Part shown: piece after piece, positions 18,937-28,007 of the stretch
Numbering within the stretch: the stretch's first letter is position 1
Layout of the letters: the number at the start of each line of letters is the position of its first letter
Source: Promethearchaeia archaeon
Lineage (GTDB): Archaea; Asgardarchaeota; Lokiarchaeia; Sigyniarchaeales; SOKP01
Length of the DNA: 32,000 bases
Direction of reading: 5' to 3'
Assembly (NCBI GenBank): GCA_046497275.1
Contig: JAWOFX010000080.1
Coordinates: 45,562 to 77,561, forward strand
Program-made: the position numbers and the translations under genes
The notes under the pieces: model-generated
What the model was told of the DNA's origin: nothing
What the model saw: only the letters and a program-made list of their open reading frames with translations
Database searches by the model: none

Positions 18937-19713
18937 TTACTTTAGATCGTATTTTTTCTTCCACTCAATGTAGCCACTAGTTTCTTTTCCTTTATAAATT
19001 GCTTTTTTGCCGGTTTGCTTTTTATAAACTTTTCTACGGGTCTTCTCATCAGCACCCCTTAGCTGTTCTTCTTTAATACGTTCATCGACTTCAATTTCCT
19101 CTTCTATTTGCTTTATATTTTTCACAACAAAATATACCCCATGGTTCCAAAAATAGAGAATAGTGAAGAAAATCCCTAGAATGATAAATCCAAATATTCC
19201 TATGTCTAATAGCCATTGCCAAATTCTCATATGACCAAATAAAAAGACAAACCCTTGAAGAATCAAATTCAAGAAACCAGGTACAAGACCAATTAATAAA
19301 CCAACTAATACAGTTAGTCCTCCTAGAACTGCTATACCAATTAACCAACGAAGGCTGTCATAATCTTCATATTTTTTTGCGACTTTTCTATCTTTAAAAA
19401 TCGCACGGCAAATTTTTAATATTCCTCCCCTCAGTAATGTATAAAACAGCACGATAATCAACAGATGACCAGTTATGATCCCAGCCCACATGGCAATTTG
19501 GAGCCCAACGTTTAATGCAAAAAATTCTGCCCATAAACCGAATACAATTAATTTGCCTATTATATACGCCCATATACCTGAAGCAATGAAAATTGAGCAT
19601 ATAATTGTAGTATATAAAAAGAATTTTGCGATTCGTTTATCCCACATACTATATTCATCAAGTGGGTCGGGGCCCATTTCTGGAGCGGTTCGAGCTTTTC
19701 TTCCTCTTGGCAT
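18937..19713 (-). CDS. Hypothetical membrane protein (about 4 TM) with a basic C-terminal tail
   Basis: Hydrophobic segments; tail YKKQTGKKAIYKGKETSGYIEWKK. Confidence 0.8.
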   Translation of the reverse strand: MPRGRKARTAPEMGPDPLDEYSMWDKRIAKFFLYTTIICSIFIASGIWAYIIGKLIVFGLWAEFFALNVGLQIAMWAGIITGHLLIIVLFYTLLRGGILKICRAIFKDRKVAKKYEDYDSLRWLIGIAVLGGLTVLVGLLIGLVPGFLNLILQGFVFLFGHMRIWQWLLDIGIFGFIILGIFFTILYFWNHGVYFVVKNIKQIEEEIEVDERIKEEQLRGADEKTRRKVYKKQTGKKAIYKGKETSGYIEWKKKYDLK

Positions 19714-19823
19714 GATTTACTCAATTTAATATATTATTTTGTATAGATTTGATACTCATCTATGTACTAATATATCTAATTTATTATATTAGTTATTAAA
19801 TTTATTATTAATTTGAGGAGAAT

Positions 19824-20291
19824 TTATTTTTCAATTCTATCTTTTAGACTTGCCCCGCAATTTGTACATTTAGCGGATCTCTTACTTAATTCTGCGCCGC
19901 AATATGGACAGAAGATCTTATCTTCTTCCATCTCCTCTTCCTTGTCTTTTTTGGGTTTCTTAGGCTTCTTAGATTTTTTAACCTCTTTTTTTCGAGTGAT
20001 CGGTTTACCCGCTTTTTTTAGAACCTTTTCCCTAGGTGTTCTTGGTTCTATTTCCTCTTCAGGCTTTTCAAAAGCTTGTGTTGAGGTTGCTAATTTACTA
20101 TTACATATTGGGCAGTATTGCTTATTTTTGTATCCAAAATAATAGATCAAGAAAGGGAATAGTCCAATCCCAACTGTGCCTAGTATTATAATTACCCAGA
20201 CTACTTTTTGCATTGAAGTCATTGGTTTGCGTATTCGGTCTTCGGGTTCAATTTCTTTTTTACAAACGGGACAATAATAGTAAGTTACCAT
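19824..20291 (-). CDS. LITAF-like Zn/membrane domain plus C-terminal double zinc ribbon
   Basis: CPVC - hydrophobic stretch - CPIC, a Lys/Glu-rich linker, then CPYC...CTNC. Confidence 0.8.
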   Translation of the reverse strand: MVTYYYCPVCKKEIEPEDRIRKPMTSMQKVVWVIIILGTVGIGLFPFLIYYFGYKNKQYCPICNSKLATSTQAFEKPEEEIEPRTPREKVLKKAGKPITRKKEVKKSKKPKKPKKDKEEEMEEDKIFCPYCGAELSKRSAKCTNCGASLKDRIEK

Positions 20292-20427
20292 TTCATTCTC
20301 CTCTCAACTTAGATAATGATGATATTATATTTTTAATGATAGAGATTATTTACTAAAAAATTTTTTTATCTCTACTATATTATTTTCCTTTAGAAAATAT
20401 ATAATTTATTAACTATAAGGGCTAAAT

Positions 20428-21762
20428 TTGGAACTGTCGATAATTAAAGATAAGACGTTTTATATTGAGACTTATGGATGTGCAGCAAATAAATTCGATT
20501 CATATATTATAATTGATCTTTTACAGAAGGCAGGTTATAAGCAAGCTAATTTTGAATCTGCAGAATATATTATAATCAATACTTGTGGCGTAAAAGAACA
20601 AACCGAAAATAAGATCAGAGCGCGGCTAAGAAAATTATCAGATTTGAAATATAATAATCCTAAAAAGAAACTCATCATTGCTGGATGTTTACCATTTATT
20701 TCTTCAAATTATATGAAAAAAATTAAAGAACTTATACCAAATTATTCCGCTATTATCGGATTAAATTCAATTTTTAAAATAGTAGATGTATTCGAAAAAC
20801 TGCAAAATGATGAGGAAAATCTAATTTTAATTACGAATCAAAAGCATGATAAAGCTATTTATATGGTAGATTATACTCCAAAGAAGATCACTGGTATCGT
20901 TCCTATTTCAGAAGGATGCATAGGGTCATGCACTTACTGCTGTGTAAAAAACGCACGTGGAAGATTAACATCCTACTCTCCTGATAATATCATAAAAAAT
21001 GTGAAACATCAATTAGAGCAAGGTATCAAGCAAATATATCTCACCTCACAAGATTGTAGCACCTATAAATTTAATGGAATTGAATTAAGTGAAATTATAA
21101 GAAGAATAAATAATCTTCACCATGAGTTTTTCCTAAGAGTAGGCATGCTTAATCCAAGTTTTATAATTGACAATTTAAATCAGATAAAAGAAATTCTTAA
21201 TTATCCAAAGACTTATCAATTTCTACATATTCCCATTCAGTCGGCGAGTACTAAAATACTTAAGAAAATGAATCGTCCCTATACCCTCTCGGATATTATT
21301 GGGAAAATAACTGAATTAAGAACAGAATTCCCCTATCTTACTCTTTCTACAGATATTATCTGTGGGTTTCCAGGGGAAACTGAATATGATTTTTATAAAA
21401 CCCTCAATTTTATCAAATGGCTCCAACCAGAGATCCTAAATATTTCTCAATTTACACCCCGTCCAGGAACGAAAGCAAAAAAGATGGAGCAATTAAAAAG
21501 TCAAATTATAAAGGAGAGATCAACCCGATTATCTAATATTTTTAGAAATAGTTTAGATTTTATTAATGAAAAATGGACAGGATGGAGAGGTAAAATGTTA
21601 ACACTCCATAAAGGGGGAGAAAAAAACCAGGTTTTTGGGAGAAATTTTGCTTATAAAAATGTGTTTGTTGGTAATTATTCAGGGAATTATGGGGAATTCA
21701 TTGAGGCGGAAGTGTATAAGGTTGATGGGTTTAATTTATACGCAAAAAAGATAGAAAAATAG
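20428..21762 (+). CDS. mtaB: tRNA t6A37 methylthiotransferase (archaeal MtaB/CDKAL1-like radical SAM)
   Basis: YIETYGCAAN, INTCGVK, IAGC, CIGSCTYC, HIPIQS, DIICGFPGET and a TRAM-like C-terminus. Confidence 0.88.
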   Translation: MELSIIKDKTFYIETYGCAANKFDSYIIIDLLQKAGYKQANFESAEYIIINTCGVKEQTENKIRARLRKLSDLKYNNPKKKLIIAGCLPFISSNYMKKIKELIPNYSAIIGLNSIFKIVDVFEKLQNDEENLILITNQKHDKAIYMVDYTPKKITGIVPISEGCIGSCTYCCVKNARGRLTSYSPDNIIKNVKHQLEQGIKQIYLTSQDCSTYKFNGIELSEIIRRINNLHHEFFLRVGMLNPSFIIDNLNQIKEILNYPKTYQFLHIPIQSASTKILKKMNRPYTLSDIIGKITELRTEFPYLTLSTDIICGFPGETEYDFYKTLNFIKWLQPEILNISQFTPRPGTKAKKMEQLKSQIIKERSTRLSNIFRNSLDFINEKWTGWRGKMLTLHKGGEKNQVFGRNFAYKNVFVGNYSGNYGEFIEAEVYKVDGFNLYAKKIEK

Positions 21763-21769
21763 AAAATTT

Positions 21770-21840
21770 GTTGGTTGTACCCGCGCAGGGCAGTCATATC
21801 CAATCTATAGTTTTTATTAGATATTTCATCCTAAACCAAC
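21770..21840 (-). promoter_or_regulatory. Candidate eukaryote-like SECIS element for vhuU
   Basis: Minus strand reads GTTGGTT-TAGG-ATGA-A-ATATCTAAT-AAAAACTATAG-ATTGGATAT-GAC-...-AACCAAC: AUGA/GA core, 9-bp upper helix with one G-U, A-rich apical loop, and a complementary lower helix. Folded by eye. Confidence 0.65.
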
Positions 21841-21978
21841 GTTTAGATTTCGTGAGTAAATCTCGTCTCCCTCTTCATTAACAAAAGTGATATGGGCGGC
21901 GCATGATAGTCAACAATCATAACAGCGAACTATCATTTCTAAGAGATTTACTAACCCTTCATCAATTTCTTCACTCAT
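21826..21978 (-). CDS. vhuU: Selenoprotein VhuU, the [NiFeSe] hydrogenase C-terminal peptide (50 aa; UGA codon 23 = Sec)
   Basis: Not in the track. MSEEIDEGLVNLLEMIVRCYDC(TGA 21910-21912)LSCAAHITFVNEEGDEIYSRNLNVGLG*. Matches the RxYDP-C/U-xxCxxH L2 motif, which the upstream large subunit lacks. Confidence 0.93.
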
Positions 21979-22044
21979 TTTTATTTACTAGGTTGTTTCA
22001 ATTGGAAATATATTTTAAATTTTAATAAAAATAATTTCTGTAGC

Positions 22045-22932
22045 TTATTTTAGATTATATTTTTCTAAGAGATCATTAGCTCGAGCTCGATGGTACTTCA
22101 TTCCAATATCATCTGGACTAATTCCAAAAGATAATGCTAATAATTCCGTAACATATAGAATTGGAATATTATATTCCTCGTCGAATAATTTCTTAAGATT
22201 TCTCTGATTGGTGTCCATTTGTTGGAAACAAGCAGGACAATTGATAACAAAACATTCGGCACCTGCCTTTAAAGCACTATCAAATTTATTTTTTAAGATT
22301 TGCATCGATGGTTCTTCTTCAGCATTTCCGACTGCATTGCCACAACAAAGCACTTCTTCCTCATAATCTACTGGAGTCGCGCCGGTAAGTTTTACAATCT
22401 CTCTTAATTTTACTGGTTCCATTGGATCATCAGTTTGCAGGATTTCTGAAGGTCTATTATAATGGCACCCTGTATGACATGCAACCTTAAGACCGGATAA
22501 ATCATTGACTACATTTTCTTTTATTTTATCGGGGTTAATATCATAGAGAACTTCCACAAAATGTTTTACATCTATAGTACCTTTGAATTCTTTATCAATT
22601 GTTTTTAAAATTTCATTAACTTTTTCCCTTACCTTTTCATCATGCTTTAATTCATGATTTACGCATTTAAGAGTTTGAAAACATCCATTGCATAATGAAA
22701 TAATGTTTTTCTCTTCATTCTCTCCGATAATTAGATTATTGGCACCCATCGCTAACCAGCTTGTATGATCAACTTGCTTAAAACCAGTAGGATCTGGGCA
22801 GCAACCAAAAGGGCCTTCAGATGTCTTTATTCCAAGAATATTAAACACTTTTCTAGCAGAAGCTTCTATAAATGGAATTCTATTTCCAATCACACATCCT
22901 TCGAATAATTTGTATTCCTCTACTTTTGCCAT
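22045..22932 (-). CDS. hdrB: Heterodisulfide reductase subunit B
   Basis: FEGCVIG, GCCPDPTG, CNGC, HTGCHY, CCGN, CPAC. Confidence 0.93.
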   Translation of the reverse strand: MAKVEEYKLFEGCVIGNRIPFIEASARKVFNILGIKTSEGPFGCCPDPTGFKQVDHTSWLAMGANNLIIGENEEKNIISLCNGCFQTLKCVNHELKHDEKVREKVNEILKTIDKEFKGTIDVKHFVEVLYDINPDKIKENVVNDLSGLKVACHTGCHYNRPSEILQTDDPMEPVKLREIVKLTGATPVDYEEEVLCCGNAVGNAEEEPSMQILKNKFDSALKAGAECFVINCPACFQQMDTNQRNLKKLFDEEYNIPILYVTELLALSFGISPDDIGMKYHRARANDLLEKYNLK

Positions 22933-22935
22933 TTC

Positions 22936-23454
22936 TTATTCCTCTTTATTTTGTTGTAAAATCACATTTAATTTAGATTTATTGAAAATTTTTTGAATCT
23001 CCTCAATATTAGGAGCTTCGATCTTGGGTAGTCCCAAATCATCTCTTCTTCTTTCTATAGCAGATTGCATAGGTATTGCTTTTCCATTTTCATAAATAGT
23101 AGTAGCTTGTTGAGTATAGTATTCAGGACCCTCCCCTCTTTTAACACTCATATTTTTTAATACTGTAAAAATTTCTGTTAATTCAATGTTTTGCGGACAT
23201 ACTTCATCACAAGTATCACATATAGTACAGCCCCAGAGATAAAATGAATCTTCTGAATCTAAAATACTTGGTTGAATGCCCAAAAAAGATTTTAAAATGA
23301 TATCTCTTGGGTCATATCTCCCGGGAGCGACTTTTGCGACGGGACAATTATCTGTGCAGCGATTGCACTGATAACAATACTTTAACGTATCATGAATATG
23401 AGCATCCATAATTAACTTTCTAAATTCATAATCAACACTTACCATAATTCTCAC
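22936..23454 (-). CDS. hdrC: Heterodisulfide reductase subunit C
   Basis: CYQCNRCTDNCP and CTICDTCDEVCP. Confidence 0.93.
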   Translation of the reverse strand: MRIMVSVDYEFRKLIMDAHIHDTLKYCYQCNRCTDNCPVAKVAPGRYDPRDIILKSFLGIQPSILDSEDSFYLWGCTICDTCDEVCPQNIELTEIFTVLKNMSVKRGEGPEYYTQQATTIYENGKAIPMQSAIERRRDDLGLPKIEAPNIEEIQKIFNKSKLNVILQQNKEE

Positions 23455-23493
23455 TTTTTTTATATTTGATTTTAATTAAAAAATATTATTATT

Positions 23494-24798
23494 TTATTTA
23501 ATCCATGGATCTGGTAAATTTAATCCTTCTAATGCTTTATCTTCAAAGACTTGTTTGGCTGTATGCATCAGTGATTTCTCAATTCCTGCGATATTATGAT
23601 TCGTGGCAACTAACAGATTCAGTTTCTTGCACATGCCTTCAGCATCCGACCAGATATGATACAAGAGTACGCCTCGTGGAGCTTCTGTGACACCTACCCC
23701 ATTTCCTTCTCTTGGTTCCACATCTAAGGTTTTACAATCGGGATTCACGATGTCGGGATCTTCAAGGAGAATTTTAACATTTTCAATTGCTTCCACGGTT
23801 TCTATTAATCGCGCCCAATGATATGCAAATGTATGATGAGAAATTTGTCCAACTTTATCTCGAAATTGCTGTAAAGCATCTTGTGCTAATGGTGTTGCCA
23901 TCTTATCGGCGGCATTAATCATTGCCAAAGTATTTGCTCGATAAATTCCTTCCGGATATCCAGCGGGCTTATAATACATGTGTGTCGCGTAGGAATGTTC
24001 TGGAATGTGTTCGCCTAAGGCATCAAGATAATTCTGTACTTTATAGTCCGTTTTCTCTCCTTCTGGAGAAACAATGCGAATATCACCTTCGTAAATATCA
24101 TGAACACCCCCTTTAGTCATCCCTAAATAATATGTAGGAACGACACCGACATTAGCAACAACATCCCAATAATCTTCGACAACTTTTAGCCCAATCTCAA
24201 CAGTTTTCTTGGTAAATTCAATTTGTTCATCGACTTGTTTTAAGAATCTGTCTCGCGCATCTTCATCCATTGGTTTTTTCATCCCACCAACGATTGCGGA
24301 AATTGGATGGACTGACTTCCCTCCAATTTCTTGACAGAGCTTTTGTCCGAAATCCATCATCTTTAATGCCATTTTGCCGACATCGGGCATTTTATTGATC
24401 ACGTGAACAACATTACGTTTTGCGGGATCGGCAAACGGTCCTAACAAGAAATCTGGTGCTGCCAATGCGTAGAAATGTAAGATATGTGAAGAATACTGCT
24501 TTGCATTCATTATTAATTGTCGCAATTTATAGGCAGGTTCCGGAATCTCTACTCCCCATGCATCCTCAACTGCTTTTGTTGGAGTAATATGATGGGGAAT
24601 TGGACAAATCCCGCATATTCTTGGTGTGATTCGCGGTACATGTTCGCAATATCGCCCTTCCACAAATTTTTCAAAAAATCGAGTGGATGTGATATTGAAT
24701 TGAACATCCTTAACCTTTCCACCATCATCAATTACTATATGTAAGTCGCCATGGCCTTCTAATCGAGTGACAGGCTCAACCTTAATTTCTTTAACCAT
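23494..24798 (-). CDS. vhuA: Group 3c-type hydrogenase large subunit lacking the C-terminal Ni-binding segment (VhuA)
   Basis: EPVTRLEGHG, RICGICP (L1), EAPRG; ends LPDPWIK at a true TAA with no DPCxxC. Confidence 0.93.
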   Translation of the reverse strand: MVKEIKVEPVTRLEGHGDLHIVIDDGGKVKDVQFNITSTRFFEKFVEGRYCEHVPRITPRICGICPIPHHITPTKAVEDAWGVEIPEPAYKLRQLIMNAKQYSSHILHFYALAAPDFLLGPFADPAKRNVVHVINKMPDVGKMALKMMDFGQKLCQEIGGKSVHPISAIVGGMKKPMDEDARDRFLKQVDEQIEFTKKTVEIGLKVVEDYWDVVANVGVVPTYYLGMTKGGVHDIYEGDIRIVSPEGEKTDYKVQNYLDALGEHIPEHSYATHMYYKPAGYPEGIYRANTLAMINAADKMATPLAQDALQQFRDKVGQISHHTFAYHWARLIETVEAIENVKILLEDPDIVNPDCKTLDVEPREGNGVGVTEAPRGVLLYHIWSDAEGMCKKLNLLVATNHNIAGIEKSLMHTAKQVFEDKALEGLNLPDPWIK

Positions 24799-24800
24799 TT

Positions 24801-26204
24801 TTATTCCTCCTCCATATGCGTATCATGATATTTATGTCCTAAAGTACTATCTGCTAATGTAAATCTATTAAATAAACCAGCAGGATCTTTTATTAATTTC
24901 ATAACTTCCTCAACATCTCTATCTGCGCACAGAGAACCTAAAGCGCTAATAAATTTAGAACCTTGTTCCTTAATACCTGGTGGCGGACCATAGCATCCTA
25001 AACATGGAGCGTTTGCATTATTTGGACAAATTGCTCCGCATCCTGCTTGCGTTACTGGTCCTAAACAAATATAACCTTGCTCTAAAAAGCAATCCTCCTG
25101 ATTAGGAAGGCCTTCATAATCTCTTTTCAATGCTACTGGTACTTTGTCAGCTACTTCTCTGTCGCAGTGACTACACACTGTCTTAGAACTAAATTTGAAA
25201 TTGGGATCATCTCTTAATACATATAATGCGAGTCCTAGAATTTCGTCAATTATGTTATTTCCAGTTTGATTAACATCTAATGTAAGTTTTGTCCCTTCTT
25301 CAGTTTCAATTTCTTTAGTATCAAAGCTTCCAGGTTCGTATGCTAATCTTTGGAGTAAATCGCCTCTAAAGTAAAAATTGGTGATATTTGAGACACTTAG
25401 ATATAAATCGAGAAAATGTTGTAAGCTGGCTGCGGTCTCTTCATCTAATAAATCAATATTCTCAATCATGGTTTTTAATTGTTCTGCTTTTTCCCCAGGT
25501 TTTGCAGTAGGTTTAAAGCAACCATAACAATAATCTCCATTATTAGGACACATTAGATCACAACCTGCTGCTGTTATTGGACCATAACATAACTCTCCCT
25601 TGTCTAAAAAACATCCTTTCTCAAATAATTCACAAGTATCGCAAACACAACCCTCTTTATTAAGAGATTCTGGACCCTCTCCAACTAAAGTTAATAGATA
25701 ATAGATAGCTGCGATAATATTTTCTGTGCGAGGAGGACATCCAGGGATAAACATATCAACATCTATGATTTCTTTTACGTTCACAATATAATCCTCAAAC
25801 CCTGGTACATGTTCTGTTGGTTCTTTAGGATCATTATCAGTGATTGACTCAACATCCATAAATTTTCTTTTAATTAAATCTTGAGGATCATATAAATTAG
25901 CTAAACCTTTTACACTGCCATAACAAGCACAAGCTCCAAGTGCAACTATTACTTGACACTTTTTTCTCATTAATTTAACATGTTCAGTATCTCCCTTTGT
26001 TCGCGCGACGCCCTCAATGAATCCTACAACAATTTCCCCGTCATCTCTTTCTTCCAATGAATCTATCTTGAAATCTACGACTGCTGGCCAATATACAATC
26101 TCTAACTCTGGTAATATCGGCAATAAATCAAGATGTGCATTTAAAAGACTCTGATGACAACCCCAGCAAGAACTGAGCTGCATGAAAGCTACTTTAACTG
26201 GCAT
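24801..26204 (-). CDS. vhuG: Hydrogenase small subunit VhuG/MvhG with a duplicated Cys-rich C-terminal domain (start ATG 26204, 467 aa)
   Basis: SSCWGCH, GACACYG and PGCPP motifs; two copies of CxxC...C...CxGP...GC...CP...CxGC. Confidence 0.9.
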   Translation of the reverse strand: MPVKVAFMQLSSCWGCHQSLLNAHLDLLPILPELEIVYWPAVVDFKIDSLEERDDGEIVVGFIEGVARTKGDTEHVKLMRKKCQVIVALGACACYGSVKGLANLYDPQDLIKRKFMDVESITDNDPKEPTEHVPGFEDYIVNVKEIIDVDMFIPGCPPRTENIIAAIYYLLTLVGEGPESLNKEGCVCDTCELFEKGCFLDKGELCYGPITAAGCDLMCPNNGDYCYGCFKPTAKPGEKAEQLKTMIENIDLLDEETAASLQHFLDLYLSVSNITNFYFRGDLLQRLAYEPGSFDTKEIETEEGTKLTLDVNQTGNNIIDEILGLALYVLRDDPNFKFSSKTVCSHCDREVADKVPVALKRDYEGLPNQEDCFLEQGYICLGPVTQAGCGAICPNNANAPCLGCYGPPPGIKEQGSKFISALGSLCADRDVEEVMKLIKDPAGLFNRFTLADSTLGHKYHDTHMEEE

Positions 26205-26515
26205 ATTTTTTTCAATTCTTTCGAGTATTTTAATTATTATTGATTTTGAAAATTTTAAATAAATTATAAAATTTGTCAAATGAGTTTTTGTAAGATGTTC
26301 TTTTCTATAAGAACTTTCTATACAAAAACTTAAACTTTAATAAAGAGAAATGTAGATCAAAATTAAAAATTATTATTATCTCGGATAAGAAAGGAGTTTA
26401 ATTTTATTATATGGAAGTAGATTTTATTTAATAAAACTGGAGAGTTTTAATTAAAAAAAATAAAAGATCTTTTTACTTCCTTTTTAGATTTTTGTTAGTA
26501 ACTTATGTTTAATTT

Positions 26516-26961
26516 TTACTCAGGTTTTTTCAATTTAAATCTTCCTATAATTGTTAAAATAACACCTAAAAATCCAAATCCTCCATTCAAGGCTAAAAGT
26601 CCAATCATCCACGTTAGTAATTCAGAAGATAATGTTCCTGCATAGATTCCTGCAATAAAATATACTATTAAGCCTATAAGACCCAAACCTGCCCCCAAAG
26701 AAATAATAAATTTTCCAATACCATATTGCCCCAAAGCTACAATAATAACTCCGATGATGACAGATGCTCCACCACCTAAGGCAATATAATTAAAAATTCT
26801 CAAAATTAAATTCAATATAGGAGCCAATTCAGGAACCTCAGAAGTTATTATAGCAAAAATAGTAGCAAAAAACCAACGTCTCCGATTGTTGATCCTATTA
26901 ACATTAGAACTCCGCCGATTGCACATAAAACCATCCATTTTTTATTTTCCAATTTAGCCAT
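26516..26961 (-). pseudogene. Membrane protein with a 1-nt frameshift in a T6 tract (26867-26872)
   Basis: ATG 26961 gives MAKLENKKWMVLCAIGGVLMLIGSTIGDVG. Adding one T joins it to FFATIFAII...RFKLKKPE (148 aa). The track's N-terminus (MDGFMCNRRSS...) is out-of-frame junk. Confidence 0.75.
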
Positions 26962-27040
26962 TTAAAAAGATATTTATTTAAAAAACAAATAGGCGTTTTT
27001 GTTAAGAAAATTTTGTATTCAAAATGGGATAGAAATAGAT

Positions 27041-27859
27041 TTATAACTTAATCCTAAAAGGATGCGTATAAATATTCATTCCTTCATCTCGAACGAATCC
27101 GATTAATGTGATTCCATAATTATCAGCTAATTTGATTCCTGACTCAATTGGTGCGGAAATTGATGCTACAATAGGTATTTGTGCACGAACAGCTTTTAAG
27201 ACAGAATCGCCTGTTAGACGTCCTGTTGAACACAAAATTAGATTTTCAAAGGAGATGGTATTTGATAAAACATCTCCTATTGCTTTATCAATAGCATTAT
27301 GTCTCCCGATATCTTCCATTATAGTTATTAAATTCCCGTTTTTGTTAAAGATTGCACATCCATGGCATCCTCCCGTCTCTTGGAAGAGTTTAGTTTCCGA
27401 TTGCATTCTCTTGATGAAATTTGAAATAGAACTAGCTGTTATAATTATTTTATTTTTAGATATAGAAATTGTCTCGCCTGAACCAAGTGTCTTTGTTATT
27501 ATTTTCCTTAAGGGAGTAGAAATCCCAGAAGTGATATCCACAACACGACCTAATGGATTTAATGATAAAATTTCGGGTGTGATTTTGATTGAATCATCCA
27601 ATTTAACATCAATTTTTTCTTTTTCCTCGCTTAATTTTATTTCGTTAATATCATTTATTGAGTTTATAACTCCAGTCGAAAACAGAAACCCAATTGTTAA
27701 TTCTTTCAAGTTTTTGGGTAAACATAATATATTTGCAAATGATTCTGAATTAATTTTGATATCAATGGGCTTTTCAATCAAAACTTCATCTTGTACTTCA
27801 AATATTTTATTTTTTTTTACTTTCAGAACGGTAATTTTCTTTTTAAACATATTTCTCAA
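27041..27859 (-). CDS. fdhD: FdhD family formate dehydrogenase accessory protein
   Basis: ELTIGFLFSTG, FQETGGCH, EDIGRHNAIDKAIG, TGRLT, ITLIGFVR. Confidence 0.9.
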   Translation of the reverse strand: MRNMFKKKITVLKVKKNKIFEVQDEVLIEKPIDIKINSESFANILCLPKNLKELTIGFLFSTGVINSINDINEIKLSEEKEKIDVKLDDSIKITPEILSLNPLGRVVDITSGISTPLRKIITKTLGSGETISISKNKIIITASSISNFIKRMQSETKLFQETGGCHGCAIFNKNGNLITIMEDIGRHNAIDKAIGDVLSNTISFENLILCSTGRLTGDSVLKAVRAQIPIVASISAPIESGIKLADNYGITLIGFVRDEGMNIYTHPFRIKL

Positions 27860-28007
27860 ACTTTTGTACTTTTTCTTTTATGTTTTTTATTTGCTATTAA
27901 CAGATATATCAATTAAAACTTTTTATATTAAATTTTATTGAATGTGCGATACTTGACTTATATAACTTAATATATTATAAAAAGAATAAAAAAAATAAAA
28001 AGAAAAT

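Noticed and set aside
17025-20142. Short alternative-frame or antisense ORFs within pan and the neighbouring hypotheticals
   Set aside because: They overlap longer coherent genes and have no independent support.
21817-21828. Second Sec at the terminal TGA of vhuU
   Set aside because: It would add only U-N-I before a TAA, in the tail expected to be cleaved after His29; treated as the stop codon.
23461-23500. Readthrough or frameshift extending vhuA to supply the missing L2 motif
   Set aside because: The stop is TAA followed by AT-rich non-coding DNA and hdrC; the motif is supplied by the separate vhuU.
27132-27941. 269-aa plus-strand ORF
   Set aside because: Antisense shadow of fdhD; no recognisable motif.
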